A stretch of 64,000 nt of DNA. Source: Ascidiaceihabitans sp. (GTDB taxonomy: Bacteria; Pseudomonadota; Alphaproteobacteria; Rhodobacterales; Rhodobacteraceae). Numbering within the stretch: position 1 is the first letter of the stretch; each line of letters starts with the position of its first letter. Shown one piece after another: positions 20,677-30,145 of the stretch. The stretch spans positions 78,328 to 142,327 of the forward strand of contig JBLHSG010000004.1 in assembly GCA_047626725.1 (NCBI GenBank), read 5' to 3'. Position numbers and translations under genes: made by a program. Below the pieces are notes generated by a model. It did no database searches and was not told the DNA's origin. It worked only from the letters and a program-made list of their open reading frames with translations.

Positions 20677-21495
20677 ATGTCCACGCATCAAACCCTTACT
20701 GATTCGATTGCCCTTGCCGCGCATCGCGCCCGCGCCAATTCGGACGACCTGTTTTTACACGTCGCCGCATTCGATGAACTGCAAGATCGCCTACAAAGTG
20801 TTAACAGAACCTTTACAGCGCCAGCTGTCGTCAATGGGCACCCCGAATTTTGGGGTCGCCAGATGCCAAATGCACGCTGCGTTCCTGACACTGAAACCCT
20901 CGCCATTGACCAAAACGCGCATGATCTGGTGATCCACGCGATGTCGCTGCACTGGGCGAATGATCCGGTCGGGCAAATCATTCAATGCAAGCGTGCCCTG
21001 CGCGCCGACGGCCTATTTCTGGCGGTTTGTTTTGGCGGTGAAACCTTGCATGAACTGCGCGCCTGTTTGGGTCAGGCGGAAATTGAAATTATGGGCGGCC
21101 TGTCACCTCGCATCGCCCCCATGGCGGAACTGCGCGATATGGGTGGTTTGCTGCAACGCGCGGGCCTTGCCTTACCGGTGGCTGATGTGACCAATTTTAA
21201 CGTCACCTTTCGCGATATCTGGCATTTGATGCATGATTTGCGAGGAATGGGTGAGACAAATGCGCTCAGGTCCCGATTGCAGAAACCCACGTCGCGCAAG
21301 GTATTCGAGCGGGCAAATGCACTGTATTGTGAAACATTTCCAGCCGCTGGTGGCGGGATCACAGCGACGTTTGACCTATTGTTTCTAGCTGGTTGGGCGC
21401 CGGATGATAGTCAACCTAAACCACTTCGCCCCGGGTCTGCTGCACAACGGCTGGCGGATGCCTTGGATACGCAGGAAAACCCGCTAACTGACTGA
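20677..21495 (+). CDS. SAM-dependent methyltransferase-fold protein (BioC/NDUFAF5-like)
   Basis: DLVIHAMSLHWANDP, LRADGLFL, FGGETLHELR, GGLSPRIAPM, LLQRAGLALPVAD. Confidence 0.85.
   Translation: MSTHQTLTDSIALAAHRARANSDDLFLHVAAFDELQDRLQSVNRTFTAPAVVNGHPEFWGRQMPNARCVPDTETLAIDQNAHDLVIHAMSLHWANDPVGQIIQCKRALRADGLFLAVCFGGETLHELRACLGQAEIEIMGGLSPRIAPMAELRDMGGLLQRAGLALPVADVTNFNVTFRDIWHLMHDLRGMGETNALRSRLQKPTSRKVFERANALYCETFPAAGGGITATFDLLFLAGWAPDDSQPKPLRPGSAAQRLADALDTQENPLTD
20800..20816. promoter_or_regulatory. Putative CtrA box about 140 bp upstream of comF, inside the divergent ORF
   Basis: G-TTAA-CAGAACC-TTTAC, one mismatch to TTAA-N7-TTAA. Confidence 0.4.
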
Positions 21496-21575
21496 CCTCA
21501 GATTGACCTGCGGACAAAAGCGTTTATCTGCACTACAAAGACGCCGCATTGGCACACTGAATTGGAACGATACTC

Positions 21576-22637
21576 ATGTTGGACGCCACCCAAAACGCCG
21601 CCTGCCCTGCGCACGCAGAGCCGGACCACCCCAAGGTCAAAGCACCCAAGGTCGGAATTTTGCTAAGCAACCTCGGGACTCCGGACAATTACGATTATTG
21701 GTCGATGCGCCGCTATCTGAACGAATTCCTGTCTGACCGTCGTGTCATCGACTACAGCCCATGGCTTTGGCAGCCATTGTTGCAGCTGGTTATCCTGACA
21801 AAACGCCCGTTTTCGTCTGGTGCCGCGTATCAATCAATCTGGAACGAAGTCGACGGCGAAAGCCCGTTGATGACGATCACCAAAGCACAGACAGCAAAAA
21901 TCAAAATCGCGATGCAAGAACGCTACGGCGACGACGTGATCGTCGATTTCTGCATGCGGTATGGCAACCCATCGACCAAATCAAAAGTACGCGCGCTGAC
22001 CGAAGCAGGCTGTCAGAAAATCTTGTTCTTTCCGCTGTATCCGCACTACGCGGGGGCCACATCAGCGACAGCAAATGACGAATTTTTTCGCTCGCTGATG
22101 GCTGAAAAATGGCAACCAATTGCGCGCACGATCAAGCCCTATTTCGATGATCCTGCCTATATCGATTCCCTCGCGCAATCGATCGAACGGGCCTATGCCG
22201 ATCTGGAAACGCGCCCCGATATTCTGGTGTGTTCCTACCACGGCGTGCCAATCCGCTACCTGATGGAGGGCGACCCCTATCATTGCCAATGCCAGAAAAC
22301 GACGCGCCTGCTAAAGGAACGTCTGGGCTGGGAAGACACCGAAATCAAAACCACCTTCCAGTCCAAATTCGGACCCGAAGAATGGCTACAGCCCTACACC
22401 GTCGAAGAAGTCGCGCGTTTGGCTGAAGCTGGCAAAAAGAACATCGCAGTCTGCGCCCCGGCATTTTCAGCCGACTGCATCGAGACGCTTGAGGAAATCA
22501 ACGAAGAGATTTTTGAAAGCTTTGAGCACGCTGGTGGCGAGAAATTCACCTATATTCCATGCCTTAACGATGATGATTCGCACATTGCAGCGCTAAGCGG
22601 CATCATCGAACGCAACTTGGCTGGCTGGTTGGACTAA
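21576..22637 (+). CDS. hemH: Ferrochelatase
   Basis: LSNLGTP, FLSDRRVI, MRYGNPS, PLYPHY, SYHGVP, FQSKFG.EEWLQPY, FSADCIETLEEI. Confidence 0.98.
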   Translation: MLDATQNAACPAHAEPDHPKVKAPKVGILLSNLGTPDNYDYWSMRRYLNEFLSDRRVIDYSPWLWQPLLQLVILTKRPFSSGAAYQSIWNEVDGESPLMTITKAQTAKIKIAMQERYGDDVIVDFCMRYGNPSTKSKVRALTEAGCQKILFFPLYPHYAGATSATANDEFFRSLMAEKWQPIARTIKPYFDDPAYIDSLAQSIERAYADLETRPDILVCSYHGVPIRYLMEGDPYHCQCQKTTRLLKERLGWEDTEIKTTFQSKFGPEEWLQPYTVEEVARLAEAGKKNIAVCAPAFSADCIETLEEINEEIFESFEHAGGEKFTYIPCLNDDDSHIAALSGIIERNLAGWLD

Positions 22638-22685
22638 GCCCTTCGGGCCGACACATCGCGATATCTAAAATTTGGATTAGACATG

Positions 22686-22718
22686 AAAAAAGGCGGCGCT
22701 TAACAGCACCGCCTTTTT
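22686..22718. terminator. Bidirectional intrinsic terminator
   Basis: A6-GGCGG(C)GCT-TAAC-AGC(A)CCGCC-T5 between hemH and the convergent small gene. Confidence 0.85.
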
Positions 22719-22738
22719 AAATTTTTCTAAGCGTTAGC

Positions 22739-22918
22739 TTAGTTAGAAACAGCTGCTGCAACGATTGCAAGCAGGATCAACGGCAAAAGAATGCCCGAAG
22801 AAGAAGAACCTGTTTCTTCGATGATCACTGGTGCTTCGATGATTGGATCCGCTGGCGCGCCGGCGAATGCTGTGGAAGCGGCGGCTGTCAAAGCGGCTGC
22901 GAGTACTAGTTTTTTCAT
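22739..22918 (-). CDS. 59-aa small protein with a signal peptide and a C-terminal hydrophobic helix
   Basis: GGAGA RBS; [19 protein letters not shown]|GAPADPIIEAPVIIEETGSSSSGILLPLILLAIVAAAVSN. Confidence 0.85.
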   Translation of the reverse strand: MKKLVLAAALTAAASTAFAGAPADPIIEAPVIIEETGSSSSGILLPLILLAIVAAAVSN

Positions 22919-23059
22919 ATTTTTTCTCCAGAAATGGCACATACAGCAATGGCGCTGATGCACACCCAAGACTTACCTCGTGTACCTGTTCTAACCAGCA
23001 ATTCGCTTAGATTGCAAACCTAGTTTCGCAGAACAAAGACGCAAAATGCCCACTTGTCG

Positions 23060-23650
23060 TCAAATTAGCAACACTTGCGTGCCTACTTTGGCCATACCGA
23101 ACAGCTCGGCGATGTGCTCGTTGTACAGACCGATGCAACCGTTGGACGATTTGCGCCCAATCTTGCGTGTGTCGTGCGTGCCGTGAATACGGTAATACGT
23201 CCAGCTCAGGTAAAGTGCATGCGTTCCCAATGGATTCTCTGGGCCTGGTCCAATGAACTTTGGCCATTCTGGATTACGCTTTAGCATCGATGGTGTCGGA
23301 CGCCAGCTGGGTCCATCGACCTTTTGAGTCACACTTGTGCGGCCACGGCGCGTCAAATCCTCGGTCAGCGGGATGCTGGAGGGGTACAATTTGTAGATAG
23401 ATTGATCTTCGTTCCAATAGTGAACCGCGCGGCTGTCGAGATCGACAAGAATTGCGCCGTTGTTCAGATTGGTGAAATAGGGGCGCCAATCCAGCGTGCG
23501 AAAGCTGGAAATATTGCGGCGCACAGACAACGCAGGGTCGCGTTCAGCCTGACCCGCTAGGGTTTGCGCGAATGCCGGGGTGCCTAGAACCGCGGCGGAA
23601 CCGGCCAAAAAGGCGCGGCGTGTGGTTGTTTCGAACTTTTTATTGGACAT
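23060..23650 (-). CDS. L,D-transpeptidase (YkuD family), Tat-exported
   Basis: TRRAFLAGSAAVL leader; GPENPLGTHALYL, YRIHGT, SSNGCIGL. Confidence 0.92.
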   Translation of the reverse strand: MSNKKFETTTRRAFLAGSAAVLGTPAFAQTLAGQAERDPALSVRRNISSFRTLDWRPYFTNLNNGAILVDLDSRAVHYWNEDQSIYKLYPSSIPLTEDLTRRGRTSVTQKVDGPSWRPTPSMLKRNPEWPKFIGPGPENPLGTHALYLSWTYYRIHGTHDTRKIGRKSSNGCIGLYNEHIAELFGMAKVGTQVLLI

Positions 23651-23823
23651 CGTAACGTCTCCGTCTCTTGGAAATACTGCCTTGGGGCGTACATTATTGC
23701 GAGAAAGTCGCAGTCGCAAATCAAACAACCGTCATTACGCGGCCTCACGCCGATGTGCGTTTGAAATGCAACGCAACTGTCGTTAAGGCCGTACATAACA
23801 GTTTTTTCGAGTGGAGCACACAA

Positions 23824-24462
23824 ATGGTCAAAATAATCGCAATATTGATGGCCGGTCTTTTCGCGCTTTCTGCATGTACACCAGCTGAACCGCCAATCGG
23901 TTCAAATGGCAAAGCCGTGGGTAAAGTGTATCGCATCGGAAAACGCGACACCGGAAAATTGCAATTCCGCATGCTGGATTCGGTAAATGCATTGCGCAGC
24001 GCCCAAGGTGTTGCACCGGTCGCATTGAACCCTGCCCTAAACGCAGCGGCCGCGACACATTCCCGCGATATGTCAGCCCAAAATCGCCCATGGCACTTTG
24101 GGTCTGACGGATCATCGCCAATCGATCGTGTTCAGCGCGTTGGCTACACCGGCCAATTGGTTGGCGAGAACATCTCGGAATCCTACGAAACCGAATTGGA
24201 AACGCTTGCGGCCTGGATCGAACAGCCGGACACGCGCCGCACGATCATGTCATCAGATGCCCAAGATTTGGGATTTGCCTGGTTTCAAGAATCAAACGGC
24301 AAAATCTGGTGGACGATGATCATGGGCAACCCGTCTAATTCACCACTGATCCCTGCCGCAAACCCATCAGCAAGCCGTCTGGTTCCCGCCAGGATTTCTG
24401 ATGAAGAAGCAACAACAGCTGTCGACGAAACAGGAACGCCAATTGTTGGGACCACTGGTTAA
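23824..24462 (+). CDS. CAP/SCP-domain lipoprotein
   Basis: Lipobox LSAC; VNALRS, LNAAAATHSRDM, HFGSDGS, GENI. Confidence 0.88.
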   Translation: MVKIIAILMAGLFALSACTPAEPPIGSNGKAVGKVYRIGKRDTGKLQFRMLDSVNALRSAQGVAPVALNPALNAAAATHSRDMSAQNRPWHFGSDGSSPIDRVQRVGYTGQLVGENISESYETELETLAAWIEQPDTRRTIMSSDAQDLGFAWFQESNGKIWWTMIMGNPSNSPLIPAANPSASRLVPARISDEEATTAVDETGTPIVGTTG

Positions 24463-24474
24463 CAGCGGTTTCAG

Positions 24475-24975
24475 TTACGGGTTGATCTGGATCGGCGTGC
24501 CGTTTTCGACCATTGCATAAACGCGCTCCATCTCTTTGTTCGAGATGGAGATACAGCCCCACGTCCAGTCGCCTTTGTTCTTTTTCAGCGGGTTTTCTTG
24601 CCCGTGAATAAAGATGTCGCCGCCCGGTGGTTTGCCCAGCGCCTTGGCCTCGGCACGGTCCTGCGCGTTTGGATACGAAATACCCAGCGACAGATGAAAA
24701 CGGCTGTTGGGATTGCGGCGATCGATAAAATAGGTGCCCTCTGGGGTCTTGCCGTCACCTTCGAAAAACTTGTCGCCGATGGGCGCAAACCCAAGGACAA
24801 AATCGTATTCCTTGAGTATCGTTTTCCCATGCAGCAGATACATTTTGCGCGCGCCTTTGTTGACGATAACATAGGTGACTTTGGGGCCGTTATAGGCCTT
24901 GAACCGGCTTTTGCCGCCACAAGCCGCCAGTAATGCGGCCATTGCACTGGTTAAAACAAAGGTTCTGCGCTTCAT
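24475..24975 (-). CDS. L,D-transpeptidase family lipoprotein (YkuD)
   Basis: KRRTFVL...LAAC leader; GDGKTPEGTYFI, LGISYPN, IFIHG, WTWGCISI. Confidence 0.9.
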   Translation of the reverse strand: MKRRTFVLTSAMAALLAACGGKSRFKAYNGPKVTYVIVNKGARKMYLLHGKTILKEYDFVLGFAPIGDKFFEGDGKTPEGTYFIDRRNPNSRFHLSLGISYPNAQDRAEAKALGKPPGGDIFIHGQENPLKKNKGDWTWGCISISNKEMERVYAMVENGTPIQINP

Positions 24976-25098
24976 ACAATCTGCTCTGATCTCGTTTCTA
25001 GTTCGTTGCGTGTTACCATCTTGGAGTGTGAAACGCATAGGGAAAACCCGACAAGGTCACTCACCTGTGAGAACACCCGCCTAGATCGTCGCTCAAAT

Positions 25099-26316
25099 TC
25101 ACGGACGATGGAACGCCGCGGCCAGTTCAATATGCGATGACCAACGGAACTGATCGACAGGCTGAACCCAATCCAAAACATACCCCGCTTTGGTCAGTTG
25201 AAACGCGTCACGCGCAAATGTCACAGGGTTGCACGACACATATGCGATCTTGGGAACCGTCGCATTTGCCAGTTCGTTGATTTGGTCGGCAGCACCCGCA
25301 CGCGGCGGATCCAGCACAACGGCGTCATAGCGGTTCAATTCATCCGGCAACAACGGGCGACGGAACAGATCACGCGCCTCAGAGGTTACTGGTTTTAGCC
25401 CCTTAGACATGCGCCAACCATGATCCAGCGCAGCAACCATCGCTTTGTCACCTTCAACTGCGTGGACCTCGGATTTTGCCGCCAACGGAAACGAGAACGT
25501 GCCGCTGCCCGCAAACAAATCTGCAACGCGTTTTGCATCACCCACAGCTTCAATTATAAGCGCGCCCAATGTTGTGGCCCCATGCGCTGTGGCTTGCAAA
25601 AACGCACCCGGTGGCACAACAACCTGAGCATTGCCAAAATCGTGACGCGGCGGTGTGCGCATCGCAATCGTTTCGCCGTCCCATGCCAAACGCACCATTC
25701 CCGTGCGGTCACACAAAGACGCAAGTTCAATACGCAGCTGGCCGTCAATTGGTTTGCCACCATTCACTGACACATCCAAACCATCGGATGACAGCGTCAG
25801 CGTCACAGCCAACACGCCTTTGCGCGACGATCCGATCAACGCCAAATCATGAGCCGCAGAGAAACCCGCCTTGATCCGTGGATCAATCAATTGGCAATCC
25901 GGAACCTCGATCACTGTGCCAGATGCACGACCGTGAAATCCAACCATCGCACCTTTTTTCGTACGCCGCGCCGCAACTGTCGCACGTTGGCGTGACTGGG
26001 TAGGCGATGTCAGCGTTGGGCGAATTTCAGGCGCTAGATCATGCGCGGCCAAAGCACGGCGAACCACGTCACCCTTAAAGGTCGCTACGAAATCTTCGCT
26101 CGCGTGTTGCAACTGGCAACCACCACACGATTTGAAATGTCGGCAAACCGGCGCGACCCGATCATCCGACGGCGTGATGATTTTCACGTCTGTCAGCGCA
26201 TCACCCTTTAGCGTGCCTGTGACCGTTTCACCGGGCAGCGTCATCGGTACAAAGATCGGACCGTGCGCAATTCCGTCGCCCTGATGGCCAACGCGTAAGA
26301 TTGTATATTCTGTCAT
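25099..26316 (-). CDS. RNA (uracil-5)-methyltransferase, RlmD/RumA family
   Basis: Fe-S motif CRHFKSCGGCQLQH, FLQAT, DLFAGSGTF, LDPPRAG, YVSCNPVTFARD, DQFRWSSHIE. Confidence 0.9.
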   Translation of the reverse strand: MTEYTILRVGHQGDGIAHGPIFVPMTLPGETVTGTLKGDALTDVKIITPSDDRVAPVCRHFKSCGGCQLQHASEDFVATFKGDVVRRALAAHDLAPEIRPTLTSPTQSRQRATVAARRTKKGAMVGFHGRASGTVIEVPDCQLIDPRIKAGFSAAHDLALIGSSRKGVLAVTLTLSSDGLDVSVNGGKPIDGQLRIELASLCDRTGMVRLAWDGETIAMRTPPRHDFGNAQVVVPPGAFLQATAHGATTLGALIIEAVGDAKRVADLFAGSGTFSFPLAAKSEVHAVEGDKAMVAALDHGWRMSKGLKPVTSEARDLFRRPLLPDELNRYDAVVLDPPRAGAADQINELANATVPKIAYVSCNPVTFARDAFQLTKAGYVLDWVQPVDQFRWSSHIELAAAFHRP

Positions 26317-28145
26317 TCTGCCGCCTGTGTGGTGATAAATCCGCCGGATTGGCGATCCCAATAGCGGGCGTATAACCCATCTTTGGCCAAAAGAGCATCA
26401 TGTGATCCAACTTCGACGATACGGCCCTGATCCATCACAATAATACGGTCCATTTCAGTCAGCGTCGACAAGCGGTGCGCGATGGCCAAAACGGTTTTGC
26501 CCTCCATCACACGCGACAATGCATCCTGAATCGACGCCTCGACTTCGGAATCAAGCGCGCTGGTCGCTTCGTCCAAAACAAGGATTGGCGCGTCTTTGAT
26601 AATCGCGCGGGCCAAGGCAATTCGTTGACGTTGACCACCAGACAGTTTCACACCGCGTTCGCCCAAATGCGCGTCGTATCCGGTGCGCCCTTTGTGATCT
26701 TGCAGGTCTTTGATGAACCCGTGCGATTCCGCTTTTTCGGCGGCGGCGATCACCTCTGCTTCGGTCGCATCAGGTTTGCCGTACCGAATGTTATCCATCG
26801 CAGACCGGTTGAACATCGCAGTTTCCTGCGTGACCATCCCGATGCTGCGACGCAGGCTTTCTTGGGTCACGTCACGCGTGTTGACGCCATCGATTTCGAT
26901 AGCGCCTTCTTCGGGATCATACAGACGCAACAGCAGCGAAACGAGCGTCGATTTCCCCGCACCAGACGCGCCGACAATGCCTAGTTTTTCACCCGCGCCA
27001 ATCGTCAAATCGATCTCGGAAATACCGCCCTTGTCGCGCCCATAAGCAAAGCCAAGGTTCTTTAGCGTGATCACGCCTTGCGGCACTTTTAGATCAGTCG
27101 CGTCCTTTGCGTCTTCGACTCGTGTGCGCGGGGTCAAGGTGCGCATGCCATCCTCGATTTCGCCAATGTTGGAATAGATCGCCATCAGCGTAAAGCTGAC
27201 CCAACCGGTCATCTGCGCGATCCGAATAGCCACGGCACCCGCGGCAACAATATCGCCCGACGTTGCCTGACCTGCTTGCCACAACAGGATCGTTCCACCC
27301 AACAACAAGACAGGCAAAAGACCGGCAAGCGACATCAGCGCAAACCGGAACGTCGCCGACAGATATCCAAATTTCAACGAACTTTCGCGAAACGCTTGCA
27401 TGGCGCCAAGGGCTGCGCGGTCTTCGTGATCGGCGTGCGCGAACAGTTTGACCGTTTTGATATTGGTGATCGTATCGACAACCTGACCCGACACCATCGC
27501 ACGTTTTCCCGCCCGCTCAGCAGACCGGACACGCACGCGCGGCAAGTACCAATTGATCAGCGCAAAATACAGCACCAGCCAGACAAAGAACCCGATCGCC
27601 ACACGCCAATCAATCGCGACCAGCAGCAGAACCGACCCAGCAAGAGAGGCGAGCGCAAAGGCGACAACGTTGATAACTTCGGACGCAACATCGGTCACAG
27701 CGCGTGCGCATTGCATCTGCTTTTGCGCGATACGACCCGCGAAATCATCGTCAAAGAACGTGACGGTTTGACCAAGCGTCCAACGATGCAAACGCGACAA
27801 CACAAGCGGATTCACATTGGGCTGCACGATGATCGAATTGGTCGCCGCAGACAGCCCAAACAGAACGGGACGCGCGATCAGGAAAAACGCCAAGGCGGCC
27901 ACAATCAGCCCGACATTTTCAACCGAAAAGAAACCATTGGGGCCCAGCGTCACGGTCGCATCGATCACACGGCCAAGGATCAGGGCGGTGCCTGCCTCCA
28001 TCGCGCCGGCGAGCGCTGAAAACCCTGCCGCCAACCAGAGCGCGGGCCAACTGCCAGACAGGCACCAGCGCATAAATGCGCCAAGCGCTTGCGGCGGTGG
28101 CCCGTTTGCTGGGCGAAAGCTGTCGATCCAATTTCCGATGTTCAT
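26313..28145 (-). CDS. ABC exporter, fused permease/ATPase
   Basis: TM helices, GASGAGKST, LSGGQRQ, VLDEATSALD, AHRL. Confidence 0.96.
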   Translation of the reverse strand: MNIGNWIDSFRPANGPPPQALGAFMRWCLSGSWPALWLAAGFSALAGAMEAGTALILGRVIDATVTLGPNGFFSVENVGLIVAALAFFLIARPVLFGLSAATNSIIVQPNVNPLVLSRLHRWTLGQTVTFFDDDFAGRIAQKQMQCARAVTDVASEVINVVAFALASLAGSVLLLVAIDWRVAIGFFVWLVLYFALINWYLPRVRVRSAERAGKRAMVSGQVVDTITNIKTVKLFAHADHEDRAALGAMQAFRESSLKFGYLSATFRFALMSLAGLLPVLLLGGTILLWQAGQATSGDIVAAGAVAIRIAQMTGWVSFTLMAIYSNIGEIEDGMRTLTPRTRVEDAKDATDLKVPQGVITLKNLGFAYGRDKGGISEIDLTIGAGEKLGIVGASGAGKSTLVSLLLRLYDPEEGAIEIDGVNTRDVTQESLRRSIGMVTQETAMFNRSAMDNIRYGKPDATEAEVIAAAEKAESHGFIKDLQDHKGRTGYDAHLGERGVKLSGGQRQRIALARAIIKDAPILVLDEATSALDSEVEASIQDALSRVMEGKTVLAIAHRLSTLTEMDRIIVMDQGRIVEVGSHDALLAKDGLYARYWDRQSGGFITTQAAE

Positions 28146-29983
28146 GACGCGTCTTCTTCTGTTTTCAGGAACCCACCAGATTGGCGCGCCCAGAAGTCTG
28201 AATATAGCCCACCACTGGCCAAAAGCCCGTCGTGTGTTCCGTCCTCGACGATTTTACCTTTGTCCAAAACAAGGATGCGGTCCATCTTGGCAATCGTTGA
28301 TAAACGGTGGGCAATTGCGATCACGGTTTTGCCCTCCATCATGCCGTATAGGGTATCCTGAATCGCCGCCTCGACTTCGGAATCCAACGCGCTTGTTGCC
28401 TCGTCCAACAGCAAGATCGGCGCATTTTTCAGGATCACACGCGCAAGCGTTACGCGCTGGCGTTGACCGCCAGACAGTTTCACACCGCGTTCGCCGACCT
28501 GCGCATCGTAGCCTGTGCGTCCTTCGGGGTCCTGCAAATCAAGGATGAAATCATGCGCCTCTGCTTGCTTTGCAGCGGCGATCATTTGATCCTCGGTCGC
28601 ATCGGGACGACCATACAGCAGGTTGTCGCGCACAGAACGATGCAGCAGTGAACTGTCCTGTTGCACCATCCCGATGTTCAAACGCAGGCTGTCTTGGGTC
28701 ACGCCTGTAACGCTTTGCCCATCGATCAAAATTTGACCGGATTCAGGGTCGTAAAAGCGCAGCAGCAATTTGACCAAGGTGGATTTGCCCGCGCCGGAAC
28801 GACCAATCAGGCCAATTTTCTGACCTGGTTCAATCATCAAATCAACATTGTCCAAGCCACCTGACGACCGACCATAGTGATGGGTCAGGCCATTCAATTC
28901 GATCCGCCCGTCTTGCATTTCAAGGCGTTTGGCACCCGGCGCATCCACCAGCGTAATCGGCTGTGCAATGGTTTCCATACCTTCGGACACGACGCCAAGT
29001 TCGCGGAAAAAGCTGGTCAAAGCCCACATGATCCAAGCGGTCATAGAATTCAGCCGCAGGGTCAGCGCGGTCGCTGCAGCAACAACGCCAACAGACGTTT
29101 CGCCCTGCATCCACAACGCAATGCCCCAGCCAACAACGCCAACAATCAGCAAGCCGTTTAGCGCGACCAGCATCACATCCATGATCGTGAAAATCCGCAT
29201 TTCGCGCTGGAACGTCTGGCGCGTATTTTCAATGGCGTCCTTGGCGTACGACAATTCCTGATCGTGATGGGCGAACATTTTGACGGAATGAATGTTTGAA
29301 TATGCGTCCACAACACGGCCTGTTACGGTCGACCGCGCATCCGACGCCGCCTTGGAGGCAGGGCCAACGCGCACGACAGTCCAGCGGATCAAAACACCGT
29401 ACAGCACGAACCAAACCAGCAGCGGCACCAGCAAACGCACGTCTGATGTCGACAGCAAAATCGCAGCACCAATCAAGTATGCCAGCGAAAACGAAATCGC
29501 ATCAAACACCTGAAAGACGACCTCGCCCGCAGCAGGTGGCGTTTGCATAATCCGGTTTGCGATCCGTCCAGCAAAGTCGTTTTCAAACCAACCAACAGAC
29601 TGACGCAATACGTGTTTGTGCGCGCGCCAGCGGATCAATGTGCCGAAGTTCGGTAGGATCGCGTTGTTCAAAAGCGCCACATCCAACACCTGCAACAACG
29701 GCCGCAGGATCAGAATAAACAGGGCGACAATTATGAATTCATAGCCAAATTCAGCCCAGACTTGATCGGGTTCACCCCCCATCAAATCAACGACGCGGCC
29801 CATGTAATAAATGAGGCCGATTTCGATAGCAGCAACGACGATAGACATCAGCGCTGCAAACCAAAACACCGTTTTGAACGGTTTGGAATATTCGCGCAAA
29901 AACGGCCAAATCTTGGTCGGCGGGTTATCATTTTCGGGGTAGTCGACGTACGGGTCGACAAGGTTTTCAAAGAATTTGAACAT
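28142..29983 (-). CDS. ABC exporter, fused permease/ATPase
   Basis: TM helices, GRSGAGKST, LSGGQRQ, LLDEATSALD, AHRL; start at ATG 29983. Confidence 0.96.
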   Translation of the reverse strand: MFKFFENLVDPYVDYPENDNPPTKIWPFLREYSKPFKTVFWFAALMSIVVAAIEIGLIYYMGRVVDLMGGEPDQVWAEFGYEFIIVALFILILRPLLQVLDVALLNNAILPNFGTLIRWRAHKHVLRQSVGWFENDFAGRIANRIMQTPPAAGEVVFQVFDAISFSLAYLIGAAILLSTSDVRLLVPLLVWFVLYGVLIRWTVVRVGPASKAASDARSTVTGRVVDAYSNIHSVKMFAHHDQELSYAKDAIENTRQTFQREMRIFTIMDVMLVALNGLLIVGVVGWGIALWMQGETSVGVVAAATALTLRLNSMTAWIMWALTSFFRELGVVSEGMETIAQPITLVDAPGAKRLEMQDGRIELNGLTHHYGRSSGGLDNVDLMIEPGQKIGLIGRSGAGKSTLVKLLLRFYDPESGQILIDGQSVTGVTQDSLRLNIGMVQQDSSLLHRSVRDNLLYGRPDATEDQMIAAAKQAEAHDFILDLQDPEGRTGYDAQVGERGVKLSGGQRQRVTLARVILKNAPILLLDEATSALDSEVEAAIQDTLYGMMEGKTVIAIAHRLSTIAKMDRILVLDKGKIVEDGTHDGLLASGGLYSDFWARQSGGFLKTEEDAS

Positions 29984-30145
29984 CACGGAAGAGCCTGAAA
30001 TTGTAAGGTAGACATGCGGATTGCGTCGAATAATTCGAGCCACCCAATTAGGTTGGACCGATTAGTCTCGGTTGAGCCAAATCCCGCGATACATGTCGTA
30101 GACCTCCAATGTGTCAGCAGTTGATAGCGCAAACTTCTTGCAAAG

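Noticed and set aside
26632-28500. Near-identical stretches of about 30 bp (…CCAGACAGTTTCACACCGCGTTCGCC…)
   Set aside because: They encode the ABC signature region (GERGVKLSGGQRQ) of two paralogues; not a repeat element
27276-28548. 247-aa and 243-aa plus-strand ORFs
   Set aside because: Antisense to the ABC transporter genes; no protein-like features
30015-30125. Roughly 36-codon ORF in the cca-ABC gap
   Set aside because: No RBS and no recognisable pattern; the gap is more likely the ABC operon promoter
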